Shown: positions 30,528-39,904, numbered from the stretch's first letter. The stretch: 64,000 nucleotides of DNA from Candidatus Latescibacterota bacterium (GCA_965208105.1 OZ242318.1:160001-224000); one strand, 5' to 3'. Numbers and translations: made by a program. The notes: generated from the sequence alone by a model not told the origin.

Positions 30528-31937
30528 TCAGTGCATTACCACCATTTTCAGCTCGGTCATTTCCTCGACCGCGTATCTCGGCCCCTCCTTGCCCATGCCG
30601 CTCTCCTTCAGTCCGCCGTAGGGCATGAAGTCGGCGCGCCACATGGTTCCCCAGTTTATGTGAATGTTTCCGGAGTGGACCTTCCGGGCGAATTGCAGCG
30701 CCCAGTCGATGTTCTCGGTGAAGACCGCCGCGCTGAGGCCGTAGTTGGTATTGTTGGCCTCCTTGATGGCCTCGTCGATGGAGTCGAAGCGGGTAAGTCC
30801 CACCGCCGGACCGAAGACCTCGTTGCAGGAAATGCGCATCTGCGGGTCCACGTCGGCGACGATGGTGGGTGCGTGCATGGTACCATCGCGGCCGCCGCCG
30901 GTCACCAGGGATGCACCTCCGGCCACGGCTTCGTGGACCCACTCGTTGACCCGCACGGCGTCGGCTTCGCGGATCATGGGACCCATCTTGACCGTCTCTC
31001 CGAGCGGATCGCCGGTGGTGAGAGCTTCCACCTTGGGTTTGAGCACGTCGATGAAATCCCCGTAGACCTGCTGGTTGACCATGACCCGCTGGGCCGAGAT
31101 GCAGACCTGGCCGGCGTTGGCAAAGCCCGTGGCGGCGGTGGCATCGGCCACCTTCTCGAGGTCGGCGTCGGGCATGACGATGAGAGGAGCGTTCGATCCC
31201 AGTTCCATCGTCACCTTCTTGAGGCCGGCGGTCTTGCAGATGTGCTCGCCGACGTCTCGGCTCCCGGTAAAGCTGATTTTGCGCACCCTCGGGTCGCTGG
31301 AAATGGCGTCGCCAATGACCCCGCCGGAGCCGGTGACGCACTGGATGGCTTCGGAAGGAACCCCGGCATCGAGCATGATTTCGGTGAGCTTCAAGGCGGA
31401 AAGAGGGGTGTCCGTCGCGGGCTTGACGATCACCGAGTTGCCGGCCGCCAGAGCCGGTCCCACCTTGTGGCAGACCAGGTTGAGGGGGAAGTTGAAGGGA
31501 GTGATGGCGGCCACAACCCCGCAGGGCACGCGCAGGGTAAAGCCGAACTTTCCGGCTCCGTTGGAGGAGGCGTCGAGGGGAAGGGTCTCGCCGGTGAGAC
31601 GCTTGGACTCCTCTGCCGCCAGGGTCATGGTCTCCACCGCCCGGCTCGCCTCGCCCAGGCCCTCGGTTATGACCTTGCCCTCTTCCAGGGTGACGGTGCG
31701 GCCCAGGTCTTCCAGCCGCTCCTCCATGATCTCGGCCGCCCTGTGCAGTATCTGGTAGCGCTCGTAGGCTGGCATTGCAGCCATGATCTCGGCTCCGCGC
31801 GCTGCCGTGTCGATGGCCTCTTTCACGTCCTCCCCGTCGCCTCTCGGCACCGTGTCGACCACCGATCCGTCAAAAGGGTTGCGCACCTCGATCTTGTCGT
31901 CCTTATCGACCCACTGGTCGCCGATGTGCATTCTCAT
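30528..31937 (-). CDS. NAD(P)-dependent aldehyde dehydrogenase
   Basis: ITPFNFP, SFTGS, MELGSN, AGQVC and EVFGP motifs. Confidence 0.94.
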   Translation of the reverse strand: MRMHIGDQWVDKDDKIEVRNPFDGSVVDTVPRGDGEDVKEAIDTAARGAEIMAAMPAYERYQILHRAAEIMEERLEDLGRTVTLEEGKVITEGLGEASRAVETMTLAAEESKRLTGETLPLDASSNGAGKFGFTLRVPCGVVAAITPFNFPLNLVCHKVGPALAAGNSVIVKPATDTPLSALKLTEIMLDAGVPSEAIQCVTGSGGVIGDAISSDPRVRKISFTGSRDVGEHICKTAGLKKVTMELGSNAPLIVMPDADLEKVADATAATGFANAGQVCISAQRVMVNQQVYGDFIDVLKPKVEALTTGDPLGETVKMGPMIREADAVRVNEWVHEAVAGGASLVTGGGRDGTMHAPTIVADVDPQMRISCNEVFGPAVGLTRFDSIDEAIKEANNTNYGLSAAVFTENIDWALQFARKVHSGNIHINWGTMWRADFMPYGGLKESGMGKEGPRYAVEEMTELKMVVMH

Positions 31938-32030
31938 GATGCTCTTCCTTTGCTGTAGATAGTTGGTGGTTTGGGGTCCATTTCCTGCTACATAAAGTCA
32001 AAGGCGCCCGGGAATGTCAAGTGTGGACTC

Positions 32031-32930
32031 CTAAAGGTCCATGGCGCAGCGGAATCCCTGTTTCTCGGTCTTGACGTGGGGTGCTCCGTAGAGGCGGGTG
32101 GCTATGCGGACGTGGTATTTGTCGGAGCTGAAGGAGCCTCCCTTGATGACCTTGTTGCCGTTGCGGCCCGAGGCCGGACCCTGGGGATCCTGGGCGCCGT
32201 CGCTGAGGCGGTAGTAGTTGACTCCCCACCAGTCGTGGACCCACTCCTCGGCGTTGCCGGCCATGTCCATGATGCCGAACGGGCTGACCCCGTCGGGAAA
32301 GGAGCCCACCGGAGCTGTGAAGCGGTGGGAGTCGGCGGCCGGACCGGCATCGGGGCGGTAGTTTGCCCACCAGATTCCGTCTGCGTTCGGGTCTTCGTTC
32401 CCCCAGGGGTACTTGCGGTAGATGCCGTCGCCGCCGCGGGCGGCGTATTCCCACTCCGCCTCGGTGGGCAGGCGCTTGCCGGCCCAGCGGCAATAGGCAT
32501 AGGCGTCGAACCAGTTGAGTCCCACCGCCGGCTGGTCGTCCGCGTCGAGGTTTTCGTCCATGTATTTCTGCCGGTGGTCGAAGTTGGCCGGCTGGTCGGG
32601 GTGGTCGAAACTGGTGTCCTTTCCGCCTCCGATGCCTTCGAGGAAGCGCCGGTAGAGGGCGTTGGTGACCTCGTGCTTGTCCATGTAGAAGGGGCTGATC
32701 TTCACCCGGTGCAGGGGGTACTCGGCCTCGTAGTTGAGATAGCCGCTGCGGGGGCGGTCCTGGAGGTCCTCCCTCTTGCCGCCCATGTCGAATTCACCTG
32801 CCGGGATGAAGAGCATTTCGGCGCCGTCCCCGGCTTTGATGATGGGGTCGGGGTCCAGGCTGCACTGGACCAGGGCGAGACTCGAGAGCAGCAGGGTGGC
32901 GAGGGTTCCTGGGAACTGCTTGGGGGCCAT
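32031..32930 (-). CDS. Formylglycine-generating enzyme (SUMF1)-fold exported protein
   Basis: FDMG, HEVTN, KRLPTEAEWEYAARG, DMAGNAEEW and GFRC motifs; signal peptide ending LVQC. Confidence 0.85.
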   Translation of the reverse strand: MAPKQFPGTLATLLLSSLALVQCSLDPDPIIKAGDGAEMLFIPAGEFDMGGKREDLQDRPRSGYLNYEAEYPLHRVKISPFYMDKHEVTNALYRRFLEGIGGGKDTSFDHPDQPANFDHRQKYMDENLDADDQPAVGLNWFDAYAYCRWAGKRLPTEAEWEYAARGGDGIYRKYPWGNEDPNADGIWWANYRPDAGPAADSHRFTAPVGSFPDGVSPFGIMDMAGNAEEWVHDWWGVNYYRLSDGAQDPQGPASGRNGNKVIKGGSFSSDKYHVRIATRLYGAPHVKTEKQGFRCAMDL

Positions 32931-33081
32931 TTGGAATGTTCCTCCTTCCGTGGATTGGGTATGGCCGGAATTTCCTTTTTCGGTCGGTCGATCGGAAGTA
33001 GCCCGTGTCAGGTGCCGCGGCTGGACCCGAACTCCCTCAGTTGAGTTTAACTTCCGCGACGGGAAAAAGTTCTGGGAAAGG

Positions 33082-34545
33082 TCAAGCCTTGTCAAAGAAG
33101 GTGATCCCCAGGCGGTTGGCGTAGGTGAGTTCCCTGCCTTCGTTGTCGGTCAGGGGGGTGGGCGGAGTCTTGCGGCGGGTGGCCAGGCTGACGAGGACCA
33201 GGGCCAGGGCGGCGAAGGGTACGGCCAGCAGGTCGGCGGGCAGGTCAGGTGTCAGAACCAGGAGGAATTGCCAGGCGGCGAATCCGGTGAAGATGGCGGC
33301 CAGGGCGCCGGGGCCGTTGCTGCGCGGCCACCAGATGCCCGCGGTGAGCGGGACGAAGAGAGTGGCGAGGAGGATGGACCAGGAGTCCACCATCAACTCG
33401 TAGACCGTGGTCTTGTGCAAGGCCAGGACCAGGGCGGCGAGGCCGAGGCCGATGACGGATAGACGAGCCAGGAGCAGGGAGCTTTTCTCGCTTGCCCGGG
33501 GGCGGAAGAACCGCAGCAGGTCCCACCCGACGACGCTGGCCGGCGCCAGCAGGGCGCTGTCGGCGCTGCTGAGCAGGGCCGACACCAGGGCGCCGAGGAA
33601 CAGGACCAGGGCGACCTCAGGCAGGTATTTCATGGCCAGCTCCATCATTACCAGGTCGGGGTCGGCCAGGTTGGGAAGTATGACGGCGCCCGCGATGCCC
33701 AGGAATACCGGCAGAAGGCCGATGGTCACGTAGAGCAGGCCGGCTAGGTAGGCGCTTCTGTAGGCTATGCGCTCGTTCCTGCTGGACAGGCTGCGCTGGA
33801 TCAGGTCCTGGCCGGCCAGGTTCCCCAGGCCGATGACCAGCCAGTCCCGGGCGTAGCTGAACCAGTCCGTGGCGGCGGCCGAGCGCGGAAAGAGGTGGAA
33901 ACGCTCGGCGGGAATTTGTGGCGCCAGGGCGCTCCAGCCGCCCATGTCGGCAAGAAGGAGGGGGGTGATGAAGAGGAGGCCGGCGATGAGGATGAGGACC
34001 TGGAAGAAGTCGGTGAGGGTAACCGCCCACATGCCTCCGGCAAAGGTGTAGAGAAGGACGATGAGGGCGGCGATACCGATCCCCGCAACCGGGTCCAGTC
34101 CGGTCACCGCCTGCAGGATGCGCCCGAAAGCCACCATCAGCGAGGCCACCCAGCCCACGTAGGCGGGGATGGTACAGAGGCTGGCCAGAAGACCCGCGTG
34201 GCGGTTGAAGCGCGCGGTAAAGAACGAGGCCACCGTCATCAGACCCATCCTGCGCATGATGCGGACGTAGAACAGCCCTGCCAGGAACAGACAGAGCGCC
34301 GCGCCGAAAGGGTCGGCGATGACGGCCAGAAAGCCTCCCTCGTAGGCGGCGCTGGCCGCGCCGATGCATATGCCCCCTCCGAACCAGGTCGCCGCCAAAG
34401 TGGCGGTACAGAAAACCAGGGAGAGGCGCTTGCCGGCCACGATGAAGTCCGCCGTGCCGCCGATGCGGCGGCTGGCGTAGAGACCGACGGCCAGGGTGAA
34501 CAGGCAGTAGATGCCCAGACCTGCCAGTACCAGCGGATGGGTCAT
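33082..34545 (-). CDS. Sodium:solute symporter family protein
   Basis: DFIVAGK, ATWFGGG, YTFAGGMWAVTLTD and SSADSALL motifs; many TM helices. Confidence 0.9.
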   Translation of the reverse strand: MTHPLVLAGLGIYCLFTLAVGLYASRRIGGTADFIVAGKRLSLVFCTATLAATWFGGGICIGAASAAYEGGFLAVIADPFGAALCLFLAGLFYVRIMRRMGLMTVASFFTARFNRHAGLLASLCTIPAYVGWVASLMVAFGRILQAVTGLDPVAGIGIAALIVLLYTFAGGMWAVTLTDFFQVLILIAGLLFITPLLLADMGGWSALAPQIPAERFHLFPRSAAATDWFSYARDWLVIGLGNLAGQDLIQRSLSSRNERIAYRSAYLAGLLYVTIGLLPVFLGIAGAVILPNLADPDLVMMELAMKYLPEVALVLFLGALVSALLSSADSALLAPASVVGWDLLRFFRPRASEKSSLLLARLSVIGLGLAALVLALHKTTVYELMVDSWSILLATLFVPLTAGIWWPRSNGPGALAAIFTGFAAWQFLLVLTPDLPADLLAVPFAALALVLVSLATRRKTPPTPLTDNEGRELTYANRLGITFFDKA

Positions 34546-34639
34546 TGGGGGGATTTTTCCCGGGAATGGCCTGCCATGACCTGGAAGAATATAGGTTTGC
34601 CCCGATGCGCGGACAAGTTCGAGGCGATTCGCGGAAAAA

Positions 34640-34676
34640 TGGCGAAATCCGCCAGTTGAAATGGCGCTTCAAGCCA
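34640..34676 (+). promoter_or_regulatory. Tandem upstream activator sites for a sigma54 enhancer-binding protein
   Basis: TGGCG-N5-CGCCA (34640-54) and TGGCG-N5-AGCCA (34662-76), 22 bp apart, ~90-125 bp upstream of the -24 box. Confidence 0.6.
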
Positions 34677-34766
34677 TAAGCGAAGTTTAAGGAAAAACTA
34701 ATGAATTTCCTATAAACAATTTGGGCACAATTATATACGAGTAATTTCCATCGCGTTTTTGAACTC

Positions 34767-34781
34767 TGGCACATATCTTGC
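34767..34781 (+). promoter_or_regulatory. Sigma54 (-24/-12) promoter of pspA
   Basis: TGGCAC-ATATC-TTGC is an exact match to TGGCAC-N5-TTGC, in an AT-rich spacer upstream of pspA. Confidence 0.85.
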
Positions 34782-34856
34782 GACTCCCGAAATGGAACTA
34801 TTGTCAAAATTTTAAAGTTTCCATATCATCCACAGGGAAAACAGGAGGGAAGCAGC

Positions 34857-35543
34857 ATGGCTAAAGGGACCTTTTCACGGATGACGGATATCCTCAAGGC
34901 CAACATCAACGAGGTGCTGGACCGCGCCGAAGATCCACAGAAGATGATCCGCCAGATGGTGCGGGAGATGGAGGATGCGGTGAACAAGGCAACCGCCTCG
35001 GTGGGCACGGCGGTGGCCAATCAGAAGCGCCTGGAACGACAGTTCACCGAAAGGATGAACCAGGTGCAGGATTGGCAGCGCAAGGCGGAGCGCGCGGTGG
35101 AGGCCGGGAACGACGAGCTGGGCCGGCGCGCCCTGGAGCGCAAATCCGCCTTTGCCAGGGCTGCGGCTGACCTGGAGCCGGTCCTCGAGGAGAGCCGGCA
35201 GTCCGCTGCCCAGCTCCGGGACCAGTTGCGCGAGCTCAAGACCAGGCTCGAGGAAGCGCGAGCGCGCCAGGGCACCCTGGTGGCCAGGCAGCGGGCTGCC
35301 GAGGCCAAGAAGAAGCTGTCCCAGAGCATATCGGGGCTTGGTACGGACGCCTTTTCCAGCTTTGAGCGCTTCGAGCAGAAGATCGAGGCCGCCGAGGCCG
35401 AAGCCGAGGCCCACGGCGAGATAGCCGGGGAAATGGCTTCGATCGAGAAGGAGGTTGGCCGGCTGGGCCGGGACAAGGAGGTCGAGGAGGAGTTGGCCGC
35501 TCTGAAATCCAGGCTGGGCAAAGGCGAACAGAGTGCGGAGTAG
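34857..35543 (+). CDS. pspA: Phage shock protein A (PspA/IM30)
   Basis: FSRMTDILKANINEVLDRAEDPQKMI, FERFEQKI and VEEELAALK; coiled coil. Confidence 0.93.
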   Translation: MAKGTFSRMTDILKANINEVLDRAEDPQKMIRQMVREMEDAVNKATASVGTAVANQKRLERQFTERMNQVQDWQRKAERAVEAGNDELGRRALERKSAFARAAADLEPVLEESRQSAAQLRDQLRELKTRLEEARARQGTLVARQRAAEAKKKLSQSISGLGTDAFSSFERFEQKIEAAEAEAEAHGEIAGEMASIEKEVGRLGRDKEVEEELAALKSRLGKGEQSAE

Positions 35544-35608
35544 CTGGGGGATAGTCGGGGCAGCCGGCGGGCATGCCGGGCAACCATGAATTCAGGTTGG
35601 GGGAACTT

Positions 35609-36070
35609 ATGGAAGGCGGTCTGAAGCGGCTCGGTGCTTTGTTCCTGAAAGCCTGGGCGGTGGCTCTCATACCCCTGGGGGTGGGAGTGATGCTCTACGG
35701 GTTCTTCAGGAAGCTGGCGCACAATCAGTGGGAAGATCCCCTGTCCATGGGCGTGGCCACGGTGGTCCTGGGAGCGATTCTGTGGGTTCTGGCCAAGAAA
35801 CTGGACGCCGCAGCGCAGCTCGTGCGCTATCGCCGCAGGCAGAACCGCGTCATTCGCCTGGCCAGGAAGTGCGGCGGGCGCCTGACCGCCACCGAGACGG
35901 CGGCGGAGGCGGGGTTGACGGTGGAGGAGGCCGAGGAGATTCTCAAGGGCCTGAGCGAAGGCGGCTACGTGGAGCTCGAGGTGGCGGAGGCGGGGATGAT
36001 GGTCTACAGTTTCCCCGAAGTGCTCTTTGCCCATGAGAAGCACGGCGGCCGGAGGGTCGATGAGGGCTGA
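35609..36070 (+). CDS. Two-TM membrane protein with C-terminal winged-helix-like domain
   Basis: Two hydrophobic helices, then GGRLTATETAAEAGLTVEEAEEILKGL...GMMVYSF. Confidence 0.7.
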   Translation: MEGGLKRLGALFLKAWAVALIPLGVGVMLYGFFRKLAHNQWEDPLSMGVATVVLGAILWVLAKKLDAAAQLVRYRRRQNRVIRLARKCGGRLTATETAAEAGLTVEEAEEILKGLSEGGYVELEVAEAGMMVYSFPEVLFAHEKHGGRRVDEG

Positions 36071-36094
36071 GTCGCAACGAAAAGGAGGAAAATA

Positions 36095-36358
36095 GTGGAA
36101 AATGTGATCGTGCCACTGGCCTTTTTCGCCACCCTGGCCATAATCGTGCTGGGGCTCAGGGCCCTGAGGCTCACCGCAACTCTTCGCGGCGAGGCCCCGA
36201 AGGTTGAAGGAAAGGCCCCGAAGACTGAAGTAAATGCCCTGACGGAAGTCAGGACGAGGCTGGACGAAATCGAGCGGCGTCTAACCGATGTCCAGGACGT
36301 GATGATCTCTCTGAGCGAGAAGTTCGATCGCTGGGAGGAAGGAAGGGCCGCATCCTGA
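36095..36358 (+). CDS. Small single-TM coiled-coil protein, PspB-like
   Basis: AGGAGG RBS; N-terminal TM; C-terminal heptads LTEVRTRLDEIERRLTDVQDV. Confidence 0.65.
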   Translation: MENVIVPLAFFATLAIIVLGLRALRLTATLRGEAPKVEGKAPKTEVNALTEVRTRLDEIERRLTDVQDVMISLSEKFDRWEEGRAAS

Positions 36359-36409
36359 TGCGGGGTCGGAAAAGCCCGGCAACCCGGAAAAGCTGGAGGA
36401 GATAGAGAA

Positions 36410-36565
36410 ATGCTGGTCAAGATTCTGGGGGGACTGCTCCTGGTCGTGGGCATCGTGCTGGCCCTGCAGTATGTGTTTTCCCTGCTGATGACGGTCATCT
36501 CGGTGCTTTTCATAGGAGCGTTGATCTACGGGGGCTGGCGCCTCCTCAGCCGCGGGAACGACTGA
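36410..36565 (+). CDS. 51-aa two-TM membrane protein (not in ORF track)
   Basis: GGAGGA RBS; MLVKILGGLLLVVGIVLALQYVFSLLMTVISVLFIGALIYGGWRLLSRGND fills the operon gap. Confidence 0.7.
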   Translation: MLVKILGGLLLVVGIVLALQYVFSLLMTVISVLFIGALIYGGWRLLSRGND

Positions 36566-36606
36566 GCGGGCCGCCTGCTTTTCCGGGGCCGGCGAGGGCC
36601 TAATAA

Positions 36607-37869
36607 TTGGTCGAAGACCGCATCGAAGATCTCGAGAAAGCCGCCGCCGCCGGCGAGCTGCAAGCCCATTTCCGCCTGGGATGGGTCTACGCCCGGCAGG
36701 CCAGGCAGAATCCTCCGGCGCGAAAATCGGCGGTCCGCCATTTCGAAGCCATTCTGGAGGCGGCCGCGTCGGGGCAGCCCTGGGATGGGCTGGACGTGGT
36801 CTGCTTCGCTCTCGGCGCCCTCCACGAGGAGGACCCCGAATCCCGTCCCCTGGCCATCGCCGCCTACCGCCGCGGCCTCTCCTTCAACCCTCTTTCAGCC
36901 AGCGGACACAACAGCCTGGGCCTGTTGCTCCTGAGCGGTGGTCAAACTCTGGGGGCATTGGGAGAATTCAAGCTGGCCATCCAGTTGGACCCGGCTCTCC
37001 CCGGTCCATATGCCAATCTGGCCCGGCTCTTCTCGGACCATCTCGAAACGGGGGACCTGGCGCGGGAGTTCCAGCACATCACCGCCGAGTTCGGAGCCAA
37101 CGCCGCGCAGGTCCTGGCGCGTCTCTCCCTCGAACTGGTCAGGGTGGGCAAGGAACAGGTGAGCGAGGGGTTCTACACCTGGGGGCATCGGCTCAAGAAC
37201 TCGGTGGGGATCGCCGGCAGCCGCCTGCGCACCCTGGCGCGCGACGCCGGGGACAGCGGTCCGGGCAGGGAAGAGCTGCTCGAACTGGCGGCTGACCAAG
37301 AGCGCCTCTTCGAGGAATGGGTGGGATATCTCGACGCCATGAAACCGGAGCAGGTCCGTCCGGCCATCGTCGACCCGGTAGCGCTGGTGCGCGGGGTGGT
37401 CGAGACCCTCGAGAGCCGCCCGGGTCGCTCGAGGATCCAGGTCCGGGTCCAGCAAGGGGTGCCTCAGATCGAGGGCGACGAGCGCATGCTGCGCGAGACC
37501 ATCCTCAACCTCTGTCTCAACGCCCTGGAAGCGGCTGGCAGGGCCAGGGGTGAAATCGTCCTCGGGGTGGGCTTCGATGAGGTTCGCAGAGTTCTGTTCA
37601 TCGAGGTCGAGGACGACGGGCCCGGAATTGACCAGGCCCATTTGGACCTGATTTTCGAGCCGGGGTTCACCACCAAGGAGCGCGGCAGCGGCTTCGGTCT
37701 CAGTATAGCGCGCCGCATCGCACATGCCCACGGCGGCGAGCTGCGGGTCAAGAGCCGCGTGGGTCACGGGGCGGTCTTCCGCCTGGATTTGCCGGTGAAT
37801 TTCGAGATTGAGGCCGCCGGAAGTCCCGGAGGCGATTTTCACGGGAGACAGGAGAAGTCCACGGGATGA
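36607..37869 (+). CDS. Soluble sensor histidine kinase with N-terminal TPR-like repeats
   Basis: TPR-like helices (AHFRLGWVY, GHNSLGLLL, PYANLA); H-box GHRLKN; NLCLNA, DDGPGI, IFEPGFTTK and GSGFGL boxes; no TM segment. Confidence 0.88.
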   Translation: MVEDRIEDLEKAAAAGELQAHFRLGWVYARQARQNPPARKSAVRHFEAILEAAASGQPWDGLDVVCFALGALHEEDPESRPLAIAAYRRGLSFNPLSASGHNSLGLLLLSGGQTLGALGEFKLAIQLDPALPGPYANLARLFSDHLETGDLAREFQHITAEFGANAAQVLARLSLELVRVGKEQVSEGFYTWGHRLKNSVGIAGSRLRTLARDAGDSGPGREELLELAADQERLFEEWVGYLDAMKPEQVRPAIVDPVALVRGVVETLESRPGRSRIQVRVQQGVPQIEGDERMLRETILNLCLNALEAAGRARGEIVLGVGFDEVRRVLFIEVEDDGPGIDQAHLDLIFEPGFTTKERGSGFGLSIARRIAHAHGGELRVKSRVGHGAVFRLDLPVNFEIEAAGSPGGDFHGRQEKSTG

Positions 37870-39293
37870 AGCAGGGCGGTGAAAAATATGTCCTCATTGC
37901 CGACGATCAGCGGGAAGTGCGCGAGCTTCTGGTCCGCAAACTGCGGGCGCGCGGCAAGGAAGTTCTCGACTTTCCCAGCGGTTCGGCCCTGTTGGAGCGC
38001 CTGGGGCAGGCACAGGGCGAGGTGGAGCTCGTGGTCCTCGACCTGGATTTCGGCGCCGGAGAGCCGGACGGGGTCGAGGTGCTCGCCCGGATCAAGGAGA
38101 CGCTTCCCGAGTTGCCGGTCATCATTCTCACCGGCAAGGGCAGCGTGGATACGGCGGTGAATGCGGTCCGGCATGGCGCCGCGGACTTCATAGAGAAGGA
38201 CTACTACGTCGAGGACAAGCTGGATATAAGCATGGAAAAGGTGGAGCGCATGCTCCAGGTCCTGCGCGAGAACGCCCGCCTGAAGGAGGAAAACGAGGCC
38301 CTGGGACGGGACAATGCTTTCTATCGCAGCGAGCTGGGGCGGCGCTACCGCATCGTCAGCGCCAGCCCGGGGATCGAAGCCCTGCTCGAGCAGATAGAGC
38401 GAATCGCTTCCATTCCGAGGCCGGTGCTGATCCGGGGGGAGCGGGGTACGGGAAAGGAGTTGATCGCGGCGGCGCTGCACTATGGCGGCGAGCGCCGCGG
38501 CCGTCCGTTCGTCAAGCTGAATTGTGCGGCTCTCTCGGATACCCTGCTGGAGTCGGAGCTCTTCGGCCACGAAAAGGGCGCGTTCACGGGGGCCGCGGAG
38601 ACGCGCCGGGGCCGCTTCGAGACCGCGGACGGAGGCACCTTGTTCCTCGACGAGGTCGGCAACACATCGGTGGAGTTCCAGAAAAACATTCTCCGGGTAA
38701 TCGAGTACCAGGAATTCGAGCGCATCGGCGGAAACCGCAACATCAGGGTGGATGTCCGGGTGGTGGCGGCAACCAACGCCGATTTGGAGCGGGAGATCGA
38801 AGCCGGCCGCTTCCGCGCCGATTTGTTCGACCGCCTGCGCTTTTCCGTCATCCACCTTCCGCCGCTGCGGGAGCGCCGGGAGGACCTCGGTCCCCTCATC
38901 GAGTATTTCACCACCGAGCTCTGCCGCGAAGTGGCCTCCATCGCCCCCCGGTCCATGAGCCCTGCCGCTCTCCGCTGCGTGCATGCCTATGGCTGGCCGG
39001 GAAACGTGCGCGAACTCAAGTTTGCGGTTGAGCGCGCCCTGTGCGTGGCCCGGGGAGGACGGATCGAGGTGGGCGATTTGCCGCCGGAGGTGCGGGGAGA
39101 TGGAGGCGCCGCCGCTCGGAGCGGAGGATTCGACGCAGAGGTCGGGGAGAAGGAACGGAACTTGCTGATCGGGGCCCTGAAATCGTCCGGAGGGAGCCAG
39201 AAGGATGCGGCACGAGGCCTGGGACTCACCTATGATCGGTTCCGCCACCTGCTGCGCAAGCACGGTTTGGTGGGTGGGCAGCCGGGCTGCTGA
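37866..39293 (+). CDS. Sigma54-dependent response regulator (REC + PspF-like AAA+ + HTH)
   Basis: REC domain (ADD, LDLD, K); GERGTGKE; GAFTGA; PspF-like RVIEY, FRADLFDRL and LGLTYDRFRHLLRKH. Confidence 0.9.
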   Translation: MKQGGEKYVLIADDQREVRELLVRKLRARGKEVLDFPSGSALLERLGQAQGEVELVVLDLDFGAGEPDGVEVLARIKETLPELPVIILTGKGSVDTAVNAVRHGAADFIEKDYYVEDKLDISMEKVERMLQVLRENARLKEENEALGRDNAFYRSELGRRYRIVSASPGIEALLEQIERIASIPRPVLIRGERGTGKELIAAALHYGGERRGRPFVKLNCAALSDTLLESELFGHEKGAFTGAAETRRGRFETADGGTLFLDEVGNTSVEFQKNILRVIEYQEFERIGGNRNIRVDVRVVAATNADLEREIEAGRFRADLFDRLRFSVIHLPPLRERREDLGPLIEYFTTELCREVASIAPRSMSPAALRCVHAYGWPGNVRELKFAVERALCVARGGRIEVGDLPPEVRGDGGAAARSGGFDAEVGEKERNLLIGALKSSGGSQKDAARGLGLTYDRFRHLLRKHGLVGGQPGC

Positions 39294-39380
39294 AGCTGCG
39301 CTCTCCACCATCCTGACCAGGCCCTGGTTTTGGTTGGTAAAGCATTGTATAGAATGTAGTTCAAAGGAAACGGCGGCGGG

Positions 39381-39424
39381 TTGACAAGGCCCCGGGCCCC
39401 GCGTATATTGTTGAAAATTGCAAC
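39381..39424 (+). promoter_or_regulatory. Sigma70-type promoter with downstream 7-1-7 palindrome
   Basis: TTGACA-17bp-TATATT (39381-39409), then GTTGAAAATTGCAAC (39410-39424). Confidence 0.7.
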
Positions 39425-39470
39425 CGGATTCAGGGGCATTTTCGACCTTTTCGAAAGGGCTGTGGCCGCC

Positions 39471-39848
39471 TTGGCTCTCTATAACGACATCGTCCTGGAC
39501 CACTACCAGAACCCGCGCAACGTGGGCATCCTCGAAGATGCCGACGCCGTGGCCACGGTGGAGAATTCGGCCTGTGGCGACGTGCTTCAGCTCTACCTCG
39601 AAATCGAGGCCGGGCGGGTTGTGCGCGCCGCCTTCAAGACCTTCGGTTGTGCGGCGGCCATCGCGGCCGGGTCCATGCTCACCGAGATGATCGAAGGGGC
39701 CACCCTGAAGGAGATCGAGAAGCTGCGCAAAGAGGACGTAGCCTCGGCCCTGGGAGGACTGCCGCCCATGAAGATGCATTGCTCGGTGCTGGCCGAAGAT
39801 GCCATTCAGGCAGCGCTGCAGCATTATCGTTCAAGGGCCGGGAGCTGA
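39471..39848 (+). CDS. iscU: Fe-S cluster scaffold protein IscU/NifU-N
   Basis: DHYQNPRNVG, ACGD, FKTFGC and LPPMKMHCSVLA; three conserved Cys. Start approximate. Confidence 0.9.
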   Translation: MALYNDIVLDHYQNPRNVGILEDADAVATVENSACGDVLQLYLEIEAGRVVRAAFKTFGCAAAIAAGSMLTEMIEGATLKEIEKLRKEDVASALGGLPPMKMHCSVLAEDAIQAALQHYRSRAGS

Positions 39849-39904
39849 TCCCCGGGCGCGATTTCCCCTGACCATTCTCACTTCCAATCTGAAAGGATCT
39901 CAAG

